IMG/VR virus record: IMGVR_UViG_3300010400_000011
Span: 1-50,539 of that record
Length of the DNA stretch: 50,539 bases
Strand: one strand, 5' to 3'
From: a virus
Lineage: Duplodnaviria > Caudoviricetes
The notes under the pieces are model-generated. The model was not told the DNA's origin, did no database searches, and was given only the letters and a program-made list of their open reading frames with translations. Shown here in pieces: positions 9,545 to 18,017 of the stretch. A program made the position numbers and the translations under genes. Within the stretch, counting starts at the first letter, position 1. Every line of letters begins with the position of its first letter.

Positions 9545-10738
9545 ATGTTTAATCGCAATCAACTCAAGTCGTCCGTTGCTGTTCAATCCTTGTCCGCTCC
9601 GCCCTCTGACGAGGGCACCGAGAGCAACGAGGAGACCAACATCCCGAACATCGACGGTGAAGCTCTTGCCGAACACGCAAGAGCGCTGGGTGCCAAGGCG
9701 GGGCACGCCAGCAACTCGGCAATCGAGTTCGTCTCGAAAGCCAAAGAAGATTGGCAGGGGGGACCGTTCCGCGTGCTGTTCGGCCTCAAGATGGATTTCA
9801 GCGAGGAACAATTGAGCGAGTTCGCGGTGCCCGATAGCGATAGCGGGAACAACCCGGACGAGTTCAAGGTCTATAAGGAAGACGCCAAGGGCAAGCGCAA
9901 GCTTGTCAACAGCAACTTCTATGTCAACTTCGCTGACGGCACCCCGGCCGGACAAACGCTCCTATCACGCATCGAATGGGTGACGAGGGCGAGCGACAAG
10001 AACATGGTCAAGGACGATATCCCGCAGGACATTCTCGATATGTCCTCTGACGAGCGGGACACGCACCTGAAGTTCCTCAACGGCCGTCGTCTCACCATGC
10101 GGAACGCCTACAAGAAGGCGATGGCGCTGCACTTCAAGACCCTCGAAGTCCGCGCGTATCCCAGCGTGGAGTGCGAACCGATCTGGGTGAAGGGCAAGTC
10201 ACCCGAAGATGTGGACTTCACCAAGGGCGAGTTGCCAGAAGTCGAGAACACCCCCGAACCTATCCGGGTGTGGTTGGTCCCCGACAAGGACAAGGACGGA
10301 AATCCCCGGCCTATCGCGAAGCACGAAACGTTCTCTATCTCGGCATTCCTTCGGCTCAATACCAAGAAAGCGCTGGAGAAAGGCGGCACGTTTCAAGCGT
10401 TGGTCGATAGCGGCGCGACCAAGAAAGCTCCGGGCGGCGGTGCAGCGTCCAACAACGGCGACGGTTTTGTCATCAAGACCATCGACAAGGGCTTGGCTGT
10501 CATGGCCGAACTCCATCGATGGTTCGAGGAAATCGGCGAACAGAAGGACAAGGCCGATATCGGCAAGCTCTACAAGCTCATGAACTCCAAGGACAACGAC
10601 GAACTTATCGTCACTGTCTTCGAACTCCGCGACTACCTCAACCACATGATCGAAGATACCGGCGCTGGCGCGAAGTATCTCAAGCTCCAGCAAGGTGGAT
10701 CGGAACTCGCTAAGCAGGTTGCCAACAAGGCAGCCTAG
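9545..10738 (+). CDS. Hypothetical early protein (~397 aa) ending KAA
   Basis: GAGGAG RBS, ATG 9545, strong C/G-ending codon bias; no family recognised. Confidence 0.8.
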   Translation: MFNRNQLKSSVAVQSLSAPPSDEGTESNEETNIPNIDGEALAEHARALGAKAGHASNSAIEFVSKAKEDWQGGPFRVLFGLKMDFSEEQLSEFAVPDSDSGNNPDEFKVYKEDAKGKRKLVNSNFYVNFADGTPAGQTLLSRIEWVTRASDKNMVKDDIPQDILDMSSDERDTHLKFLNGRRLTMRNAYKKAMALHFKTLEVRAYPSVECEPIWVKGKSPEDVDFTKGELPEVENTPEPIRVWLVPDKDKDGNPRPIAKHETFSISAFLRLNTKKALEKGGTFQALVDSGATKKAPGGGAASNNGDGFVIKTIDKGLAVMAELHRWFEEIGEQKDKADIGKLYKLMNSKDNDELIVTVFELRDYLNHMIEDTGAGAKYLKLQQGGSELAKQVANKAA

Positions 10739-10815
10739 CCCCATCGGATTGCAAGCTTCGCTAGGGCATACGTGCCCTAGCGTGTCGTGCAATACCGCAC
10801 GCAAGGGGAACTACA

Positions 10816-11175
10816 ATGCAATACGTTGTTCAATGCTATACGAAACGTACCGATCGCTCAGCATCCCATGATGACCGCAACCGAGAAACCATCACGGCTC
10901 ATACCATGATGACGTGCGTCAACCGCGACGATGCCGAATGCATGGTTCGGTTGTTGGAACACGGCGACTGCGGCACGCTGGAAGATGGCCCGTTCCGGAT
11001 CGAACGCGCCTACGAGGTGGCCGCAGTGTTCTACCTCTCCAAGCGCTCCGGCCACACGAAGGTCACGCTCTCAACGGGCGATCTGGAAATGATCGCCAGC
11101 GAATACACCGCACCGCGTGACACCCTTCACAATCGCATGCGCAACACGTTCGAAGCCGCCCGCGCGGCGGAATAA
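10816..11175 (+). CDS. Hypothetical protein (119 aa)
   Basis: AAGGGG RBS, biased codon usage, followed by a terminator. Confidence 0.7.
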   Translation: MQYVVQCYTKRTDRSASHDDRNRETITAHTMMTCVNRDDAECMVRLLEHGDCGTLEDGPFRIERAYEVAAVFYLSKRSGHTKVTLSTGDLEMIASEYTAPRDTLHNRMRNTFEAARAAE

Positions 11176-11194
11176 CTACCGCACTGCAACATCA

Positions 11195-11226
11195 GCCCCG
11201 GCACCGCAAGGTGACCGGGGTTTTTT
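11195..11226 (+). terminator. Rho-independent terminator
   Basis: GCCCCGGCACC-GCAA-GGTGACCGGGG followed by TTTTTT. Confidence 0.85.
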
Positions 11227-11442
11227 ATTGCGCTGCACTCAGGTAGATATTGTATTGCACATCACCTAAGTTAATCAGGTATGTGCATTTGATGATAGGA
11301 ACACTGTATGCGTAAGGTGGCGGTGTATATATACCGTAGTGTACATTCTATGATCAATGCTATTTGGCCTAGCTCTGATGATAGGACGGCTGCTATGCGT
11401 AAGGTGTACTCGTGTGTTGCAGTCAGCTAACTAGTTAGCGCT

Positions 11443-11471
11443 TTGACCTATCTAGCTCGGCATGCTACAAT
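11443..11471 (+). promoter_or_regulatory. Sigma70 promoter
   Basis: TTGACC-17 bp-TACAAT with extended -10, followed by ATAGATACTGG. Confidence 0.7.
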
Positions 11472-11511
11472 ATAGATACTGGCATCTCGTCAGTAACTGA
11501 AGGGGAAAGAA

Positions 11512-11793
11512 ATGAGCAGCGGAGCTAAGTTTTGGGGCCGGCGTGCATCCGGCAACAATCGGGTTATCACGCGTGATTACGGTGTGATACCGAACATTAC
11601 GAAGGCGCAAGATGTCTTCGTGAGCATTCCTTTAGAAACCATGCAGGCTGCTACGGCAGCCCGTGCAGACAAGTTCTGCAGTCTTCTCATGAACCTCAAA
11701 CATGACGAGTTCATGAACCACCCGTTCCACTACGAGAACGTCACGACGTCGATCATCGCCAACCCGTCTAACCCCGGCTATAAGGATTGGTAG
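11512..11793 (+). CDS. Hypothetical protein (93 aa)
   Basis: AAGGGG RBS after promoter. Confidence 0.65.
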   Translation: MSSGAKFWGRRASGNNRVITRDYGVIPNITKAQDVFVSIPLETMQAATAARADKFCSLLMNLKHDEFMNHPFHYENVTTSIIANPSNPGYKDW

Positions 11794-11794
11794 C

Positions 11795-12025
11795 ATGAAA
11801 CCGTCTATGTTTAAGTACCGTAGAGGTGGAAAAGCAAGTACAGCTTCTTTGCTGGAGTGCATTCCAGACGATGGGTGTTTGATTGTCTTCAATGCACAAC
11901 ATCGGAACTGGAGGGCTAAAGCCTCCACATACGGTATGTTCACAGTCTCGAAGGTCAGCAACGCTATGGTTAAGCGCGGTGACAAAGAGTTGTGCGACAT
12001 AATCGTAAGCTGGAAGGAAGACTGA
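11795..12025 (+). CDS. Hypothetical protein, paralog of next gene
   Basis: Shares LLxxxPxxGCLxVFNAxxxxWR with 12027-12242. Confidence 0.65.
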   Translation: MKPSMFKYRRGGKASTASLLECIPDDGCLIVFNAQHRNWRAKASTYGMFTVSKVSNAMVKRGDKELCDIIVSWKED

Positions 12026-12026
12026 C

Positions 12027-12242
12027 ATGACCCTTAGGTTTGGCAGTCTTACTATCACGCAACTGCTGGCCTTCGTGCCTGAAGGTGGTTGCTTGATGGT
12101 TTTCAACGCCGACTCGAACGTCTGGCGTACACGGGTAAGTCTTCACAACAGGGGAGTGGCGAACAAATTATCTTGTAACGCCATGGATACGTACAAATAC
12201 ACCGGCGTGCGCGATCTCCGTATCACACGCAAGGAGGCATGA
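12027..12242 (+). CDS. Hypothetical protein, paralog of previous gene
   Basis: LLAFVPEGGCLMVFNADSNVWR. Confidence 0.65.
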   Translation: MTLRFGSLTITQLLAFVPEGGCLMVFNADSNVWRTRVSLHNRGVANKLSCNAMDTYKYTGVRDLRITRKEA

Positions 12243-12515
12243 ATGCAGCCTCTGCTTGAAACGGTGGTTAGGCGACGAGAGTTGCCTAGCCTGACACATT
12301 ACGTGGAGATATCCACGACTGGAATGAGAGTTACCTGCCGGGTCATCGAAGACCGCGGCAGTTTTACTATTACGAGAGAGATGTTTTGGATTGAGAAGTC
12401 CAAGCATAGATGGACTGATTACGTCCAGAAGTTCTACGAGATCGCTTGCGAACACTACCCCCTTCGAGATCACGAAGGGTTCAAGGTTAACGTTAACAAG
12501 TCTGGTTCATTATAA
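12243..12515 (+). CDS. Hypothetical protein (90 aa)
   Basis: AAGGAGG RBS. Confidence 0.65.
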   Translation: MQPLLETVVRRRELPSLTHYVEISTTGMRVTCRVIEDRGSFTITREMFWIEKSKHRWTDYVQKFYEIACEHYPLRDHEGFKVNVNKSGSL

Positions 12516-12524
12516 TCTGAGGAG

Positions 12525-13163
12525 ATGAACATGCGCATTGTCAAACGCGGTGGTAGCAGTCGTCTGACGGCTATCCTTATCGATGGCAGCAATCTCCACG
12601 CTGCCTGCAATGCCCTCGGTTTCAGCGTCGACTACAAGAAGCTGCTCGACTCGTTCGAAGGTACGATCTTCAAGTCGTACTACTTCACCGCCCTTCCGTC
12701 TGAAGGAGAATACAACAGCCTTCAGCCAATGATTGATTTCATGGAGTTCAACGGCTTCACCGTCATCAAGAAGGACACCAAGGAGTTCACTCAGACCCAC
12801 CGTTTTGTATGTACTGAGTGCAAGGCCGCTAACACCCAGACGTCTACCAAGACGAAGGGGAACATGGATATCGAGATCGCTGTGATCGCCAAGGAGATCG
12901 CACCGTATGTCGACAACATCATTCTTTTCTCTGGAGATGGTGACTTCCGTTTTCTTGTTGAAGCCCTCCAGCGTAGCCACGGCATGTTCGTTACTGTCGT
13001 ATCTACCATCAAGACCAATCCCAAGTTCTGTGCAGACGACCTGCGGCGGCAGGCTGATGAGTTCATCGATCTGTCTGATCTCCGTGAGACCGTCGAGAGG
13101 ACGGAAGATCAGGCATCTCGTCGCCGCCAATTTCTCGACGGAACGCATGGGAGAAAGCCGTGA
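12525..13163 (+). CDS. NYN domain (LabA/DUF88, PIN-like) predicted ribonuclease
   Basis: IDGSNL, KGNMDIEIAV, LFSGDGDFRFLV and LRRQADEFIDL motifs; CxxC insertion (CTEC). Confidence 0.9.
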   Translation: MNMRIVKRGGSSRLTAILIDGSNLHAACNALGFSVDYKKLLDSFEGTIFKSYYFTALPSEGEYNSLQPMIDFMEFNGFTVIKKDTKEFTQTHRFVCTECKAANTQTSTKTKGNMDIEIAVIAKEIAPYVDNIILFSGDGDFRFLVEALQRSHGMFVTVVSTIKTNPKFCADDLRRQADEFIDLSDLRETVERTEDQASRRRQFLDGTHGRKP

Positions 13164-13384
13164 TGTGCAAGAACCAACCTCCAATTGCAATTTGTGCGTG
13201 TGGTGCTCAATTCGCTGCGTGCGACAACGTCGAAGCGCTGTGTCATATCACCAGCGCCAGCGGACGGGCTCACCATTGGATATACATCTACACGGGTGTA
13301 TATCAGGCGGGGACAATCATTAACCCTTCGTCCCCTAACCCCACGAACTTCAAGGTGTATCTAGCAGCTAAGGGGAGGAAGTAA
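13160..13384 (+). CDS. Small Cys/His-rich protein
   Basis: CACG...C...CH...HH; overlaps the NYN stop. Confidence 0.55.
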   Translation: MMCKNQPPIAICACGAQFAACDNVEALCHITSASGRAHHWIYIYTGVYQAGTIINPSSPNPTNFKVYLAAKGRK

Positions 13385-13866
13385 TGGGCTTTTGGGATGG
13401 TATTTTCCAATCGTATAGGGATACGACACCACGCAACTTCAACGACATGAAGCGTGCGCTTGCAGTCAGCAGGTTACGCAACGGTGTCAAGCTTGATCGC
13501 AAGACTTGCGCTCACCTGAAGGCCCAGATCAGACACCGTCTGGCTCATATGAATAAGCGACAATGCTTATCTAAAGAACCTTGGGAAAAGGAAGAGCTTC
13601 TCTCTAAGCATTCTATCTGGAACCCCAGCCATCCGGAATACAATCGGGTGAAGCCTGGGTATGACATGCCCAGACGACAACTCAAGGAAGGCTACCTTTC
13701 GGTAGTCAACGAGCTTCCTGCTGATTGGAAAAAGAATATCAGCAACAAGCACATCGGCTGTAAGCCGCGTGTTCGCTACAAGCTTCAGTTGAAGGTAAAG
13801 CCAGATAGCACGAAATGGCTTGACATGGCGACAGGTGTTTGTCGTATCCAATACGTCTACCAGTAG
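13384..13866 (+). CDS. Basic hypothetical protein (160 aa)
   Basis: GGAGG RBS, TAATG coupling. Confidence 0.65.
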   Translation: MGFWDGIFQSYRDTTPRNFNDMKRALAVSRLRNGVKLDRKTCAHLKAQIRHRLAHMNKRQCLSKEPWEKEELLSKHSIWNPSHPEYNRVKPGYDMPRRQLKEGYLSVVNELPADWKKNISNKHIGCKPRVRYKLQLKVKPDSTKWLDMATGVCRIQYVYQ

Positions 13867-13875
13867 GAGGGGTAG

Positions 13876-14319
13876 ATGGTTAAGGTATATCTAACCTGCG
13901 GCGGATCACCGCTTTTATCACAGATACAAAGGGCTGTCAAGGCCTTTGTTATTCTTTTCTTCCTATCATCGGGGGTTGCGCATGGCATACCTAGCCCTTC
14001 TGGCCATATTTCTGACGGCGTTCTTAGTGGGAGTAGTCGCGGGGCTGCTCTACTCGTTGCTCGTCCACCTGATCCTCCGGAGGGTACGTTCGAAACTACG
14101 CACGCTCCTGTGATGTACGTCATCATGTGGCCTCCAGTGCCCACTCAAATCGAGCGGATCAGGCAAGAAGCATATCTGCAGCTCATGCAACAAGTACGGC
14201 AGCAGACTGCTGAAATCTCTGCCAAGCCTACTCCGACGTGGCATTACGTCCTTCCAGCTATCGGAGCTATACTGCTGCTGATGGCGGCCAGTTGGGAAAG
14301 GTGGAAGGTCCTCAACTAG
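13876..14319 (+). CDS. Putative membrane protein
   Basis: AGGAGG RBS; two hydrophobic segments. Confidence 0.5.
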   Translation: MVKVYLTCGGSPLLSQIQRAVKAFVILFFLSSGVAHGIPSPSGHISDGVLSGSSRGAALLVARPPDPPEGTFETTHAPVMYVIMWPPVPTQIERIRQEAYLQLMQQVRQQTAEISAKPTPTWHYVLPAIGAILLLMAASWERWKVLN

Positions 14320-14327
14320 TTAGGCGT

Positions 14328-14356
14328 TTGACCTGCCAAGATAAGTGTGGTAGTAT
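14328..14356 (+). promoter_or_regulatory. Sigma70 promoter homologous to 11443
   Basis: TTGACC-17 bp-TAGTAT followed by the same ATAGATACTGG. Confidence 0.7.
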
Positions 14357-14376
14357 ATAGATACTGGGAGAGGGAA

Positions 14377-14868
14377 ATGGCTAATCGAACTATGCAAGCT
14401 AAGACGCTGAAGATGAAGCGTCACAAGCGTTTGTTTCCACGAAGTCTCGCGTCGGACTACATCCCAACGGGAAAGCCTCCAAACATGCTCGTTATGCGGG
14501 AGTTGAAAGAGCGCTCTCGCTCGCTCGCTTTCGACGACGAGTACATCGACTACCTCGTCAAGCGCCGGCTCATGGATGCGCAAGGTCAGCACATCTCCGA
14601 GGGACGTCGGCAAATCTCTGCACATATCCAGCGCATCAAAGACCTTGCACCGGCGCTGATGAATGTCGCTCTGTGCAACTCATCGGTGCAGAAGACGTTG
14701 TTGTTTTATAACGAGGAGCGTACACGGTTCGTCATTTATGAAGAGAACCATACGACTAAGATTATCCAGACGTCTATGACGTACATGGATCGCAAGCGTT
14801 GCATCGACGCTTGGCAAGCTGGTACCATTCGGTGGGTGCGTTTCTCCTCGACGTCGCCCACCAACTAA
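14377..14868 (+). CDS. Hypothetical protein (163 aa)
   Basis: GGAGAGGG RBS before ATG 14377. Confidence 0.7.
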   Translation: MANRTMQAKTLKMKRHKRLFPRSLASDYIPTGKPPNMLVMRELKERSRSLAFDDEYIDYLVKRRLMDAQGQHISEGRRQISAHIQRIKDLAPALMNVALCNSSVQKTLLFYNEERTRFVIYEENHTTKIIQTSMTYMDRKRCIDAWQAGTIRWVRFSSTSPTN

Positions 14869-15005
14869 TAGGTTGAGTATCTGGTGGGTACTCGTAAAAG
14901 GGTCGAACGGACGGCCCATCCTACTGAATAGCTCGGAGTAAGCCCCTCGCCGAGCTGTACCCGGCCCTTCGCCAGCTCCCCTCTGGCGGAGGGCCTTTGT
15001 ATTCA
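14869..15005 (+). ncRNA. Candidate structured sRNA with C/U-rich loops
   Basis: Four hairpins, including a 13-bp stem 14963-14975/14983-14995 with loop CTCCCCT. Confidence 0.45.
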
Positions 15006-15034
15006 TTAGGCATTGTGCCAACGAAGGATGAGCT

Positions 15035-15133
15035 ATGAAGAAGATCGTTCGTCGTTACAACAAACGTGGTATGTCGTTGAAGATTTCGGCCAAGGACCCG
15101 GTCACCGGCAAGCGCGTTCCCCGTATCAACTAA
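15035..15133 (+). CDS. 32-aa basic peptide
   Basis: MKKIVRRYNKRGMSLKISAKDPVTGKRVPRIN; AAGGA upstream; stop overlaps the next RBS. Confidence 0.5.
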   Translation: MKKIVRRYNKRGMSLKISAKDPVTGKRVPRIN

Positions 15134-15142
15134 GGAGGAAAT

Positions 15143-15625
15143 ATGGATACAACCACTTCGGTGGATTGGCAGTTCGAAGCACTTGCCGGTGCCTCGAGCA
15201 ACTTGCTACCCATCGAGTTTTCGGAGCTTACAGCATTTGACCTCGGCTGTCTGCTCGTCGGCATAGGGGTAGTTGCGTTGCTGTACCAATGGCATCGCAG
15301 CTGGGTCAAGCGGAAGGGGTTTCGCATGGTCCTTAAGGATCGAAACGACAAGATCCATGCCGCTTGGCTCGAAATCATCCAAGACGGCATCGACAATCTG
15401 CTCTCCAAGGGTAAGATCAGCAACAAAGAAGCAAACGCGATGTTCGCGGATGCTGCGCAAAGGATGCAACTCAACGATCTCATTCCGAAGAAGCGCATCC
15501 TGAAGATGACCAAGGAACGCCTGAAGCGTGATCGAGCTATGCGTGGCGTTTCACCAACACCCCCGAAGTTCACGGAACGTCTGGGCAAGACCGTCGGAAA
15601 ATTCTGGCGGAGGAAAGCAGCGTGA
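15143..15625 (+). CDS. Membrane-anchored protein ending KAA
   Basis: AAGGAGG RBS; TM segment LGCLLVGIGVVALLY. Confidence 0.7.
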   Translation: MDTTTSVDWQFEALAGASSNLLPIEFSELTAFDLGCLLVGIGVVALLYQWHRSWVKRKGFRMVLKDRNDKIHAAWLEIIQDGIDNLLSKGKISNKEANAMFADAAQRMQLNDLIPKKRILKMTKERLKRDRAMRGVSPTPPKFTERLGKTVGKFWRRKAA

Positions 15626-15659
15626 GCTGCATCACGGGCAAGCAGAGGAGCATCGCCCT

Positions 15660-17156
15660 ATGAACGTCGATAACCAAGTCATCCTACACATCAAAGCCGG
15701 GCAATTACCACCCGACGATCTGCTGGAACTGATGTTGAAGAAGGTCAAACCGAACGTCTTCGGCTTCTCGGTCCAGAACACGCACGAGGGGAAGCCGGAT
15801 CTGGCCATCACCCGCGAGGAAGTCTCGAAGCTGGACGTCAGCGACCTCAAGCAGCTCTTCGAGAACGCCAAGGACAACGCCGTCAACGTCTACCTGGGCA
15901 ACCGGGCGAAGCCTGTGTCGGCGGAGGACATCCAACCCTTCGTCATCCACGACGGCGACAACAACCCGTTCTTCGCGATCTACCTGGAAGGCACGCTCCT
16001 CGGCCACGACGATCCGAAGGAGCACTCGGAGCAGTTCAACTACGTCAACGGCCTTCTCATTCCGAAGATCGTCGAGTGGTGCAATGATTTCGAGGGCGAT
16101 CTCGACAAGATCGTCGCCAAGCTGAAGGGCGACACGTTCAAGAAGGAATTTCTCGTGAACGTCGGCCACCGGGCGGTGCTGAGCATCATGCCCTGTGACG
16201 GCGACGTCATCAACCTCGGCAAGAACGAGATCGGCACCGAACCTGCCGACTGGGGTTGGGCATCCATTAAGCACGGCTACGGCGATCCTGCGCCGGTTGC
16301 CAGACCTGAACCGAAGGCCGAAGCTGCTCCCAGGAAGTCCTTCTGGGGTGGCAGCAAGAAGCCGGAGGAAGTCAAGACCTCAGTGCCAAGCGTCTCGACC
16401 GATGCGAACGGCATCCACACTGTCACCGGCAGGGATGGCAAGCCTGTCAACGACGCCGGCTCACCTCTGAAGAGCGAAACCCCGAAGTTGGCTGCGAGGC
16501 CTCCGTCGTGGGTCAACAAGAACGAGGATGTCAAGCTGTGGTACGACATCGTCACCAACAAGGTTCCTTCCGAATGGAAGAAGCGCTTGCCCGGCATCGT
16601 CGTCGACTTCGAAGCGGCTCAGATCGACAACCTCGAAGCGTTCAAGACCTACGCCTTGAAGAAGAAGCTCGCAGCGGCGGAGTCCAAGACCGATACGGCA
16701 ACGCCGGCGCCTTCGGCCGCGACAGCTCGGGACATCTCCGGCGCTGTCGGGAACAAGGAACTTCCTATCATCGAGCCGAAGGATCTCGAGAAGGTGCTGG
16801 AGTATGTCGCCAAGTACATCGACGGCAACTCAAATGTCATCCCTGATCCGAAGCAGATGCAGGCCATCGAGAAGGAACTTCCGAACTTCGCCGCCTGTAT
16901 CGGCCTGAAGCCGGAAGAGACGTTGAACTGGCCTCTCGGCAGTTTGATCGGCATCGGCCAGACTGATATTCGTGCCCTTGCTCTGTATGCAACGATGTGG
17001 CGCTCGATCGCTCGGCCTCATGTCATCGCCGCCACCAAGACCAACGTCGTGACCACTGCTGTCGATCTCGGCAACGGCTCGAAGAAGGTCGAGTCCGTCG
17101 ACAAGACGCCTGCTCCTGCCCCCAAGAAATCTTTCTGGGGTGGCAAGGCAGCCTGA
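15660..17156 (+). CDS. Degenerate class II glutamine amidotransferase (Ntn-hydrolase)-like N-terminal domain plus unknown C-terminal region
   Basis: GAGGAG RBS; VILHIKAGQLPPDDLLE..KPNVFGF, VSAEDIQPF, LEG and SEQ align by eye with phage GATase-II motifs NPDGFGF, NCHPF, HNG and SDT, but catalytic residues are missing. Confidence 0.55.
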   Translation: MNVDNQVILHIKAGQLPPDDLLELMLKKVKPNVFGFSVQNTHEGKPDLAITREEVSKLDVSDLKQLFENAKDNAVNVYLGNRAKPVSAEDIQPFVIHDGDNNPFFAIYLEGTLLGHDDPKEHSEQFNYVNGLLIPKIVEWCNDFEGDLDKIVAKLKGDTFKKEFLVNVGHRAVLSIMPCDGDVINLGKNEIGTEPADWGWASIKHGYGDPAPVARPEPKAEAAPRKSFWGGSKKPEEVKTSVPSVSTDANGIHTVTGRDGKPVNDAGSPLKSETPKLAARPPSWVNKNEDVKLWYDIVTNKVPSEWKKRLPGIVVDFEAAQIDNLEAFKTYALKKKLAAAESKTDTATPAPSAATARDISGAVGNKELPIIEPKDLEKVLEYVAKYIDGNSNVIPDPKQMQAIEKELPNFAACIGLKPEETLNWPLGSLIGIGQTDIRALALYATMWRSIARPHVIAATKTNVVTTAVDLGNGSKKVESVDKTPAPAPKKSFWGGKAA

Positions 17157-17280
17157 TACGTAGGAGAGCTGCTCCCTAGAGACCCGTTGTGGCGACGACA
17201 TCTAGCGGAGTAAGGACCTACGTAAAAGCGAGAGAGCCGGCATCCTTCCATCCCCCTCCCAAGGGATGTCGGCTCTTTCG
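17157..17280 (+). ncRNA. Candidate structured sRNA with anti-SD-like loop
   Basis: TACGTAGG/CCTACGTA-closed domain, then a ~19-bp stem with loop CCATCCCCCTCCC. Confidence 0.45.
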
Positions 17281-17306
17281 TGATTGATTTGAATATGGAG
17301 GAGCAT

Positions 17307-18017
17307 ATGGGCATTCAACAAACCGCTAATACTTTCGCCAAGCTTTTTGGTCAGGGTATTAACTTTCCTGACGCTGCAGAAGCTCGTTGGATCACCGACT
17401 CAGTTCGGCACTCTCCCGACCTTGGGTATCTCGAACAGTTTGAGTTTCAACTCCTGTTCGCCGCAGACGATACCAAGCTCAACCATTCCCACCACTGCCT
17501 GATCGAGGACAGCGCATTCGTTGCGAATGCCTTTACCGCCAATGCCTTCGAGTACTCATATCTCGAAACTGGCGAAGATCGGTTGCCGATCCCGATGATG
17601 AGCAGAATGCTCCATCAAACGATCAGGTACTTCCCCCCTCCTCTCAAAATCCAAGGACAGATCTTCGCGATCAGGCCTTATCAATTCAGAGAGCTTGACA
17701 ACTACAAGCAAAATACTGTACAATTCCGTCGTAAGCGTGTGAACTTAATCGTTCCGTACCGCGAGGTCAATCGAACGCAGTACTACAACGACGAATACGA
17801 CATGTACCAAGACCTTCCTCTCGTCCTCCAAGGAAAAGCTGTAGAGAGTCGAGAGCGCGTCCACATCGTCCGTGCTTGGATGTACGTCGGCATGGAAGAG
17901 TACTGGAATAACCTGCTCGACGCTGGCTTCCGAGGATTTAAAACAGTTAACATTTTTGAGTCACGGCGTCCGTGGCTAAAGGAGTATTATGCTTTCCCTA
18001 AACGACCGCTCAAGTAA
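17307..18017 (+). CDS. Gamma-glutamylcyclotransferase (GGCT/AIG2)-like protein, degenerate
   Basis: LLFAADDTKLNHSHHCLI, IQGQIFAI, LDNYKQ, FRRKRV and AWMYV match the GGCT pattern LFVYGTL..NH, VxGEVY, LDxLEG, YxR, AWVY. Confidence 0.65.
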   Translation: MGIQQTANTFAKLFGQGINFPDAAEARWITDSVRHSPDLGYLEQFEFQLLFAADDTKLNHSHHCLIEDSAFVANAFTANAFEYSYLETGEDRLPIPMMSRMLHQTIRYFPPPLKIQGQIFAIRPYQFRELDNYKQNTVQFRRKRVNLIVPYREVNRTQYYNDEYDMYQDLPLVLQGKAVESRERVHIVRAWMYVGMEEYWNNLLDAGFRGFKTVNIFESRRPWLKEYYAFPKRPLK

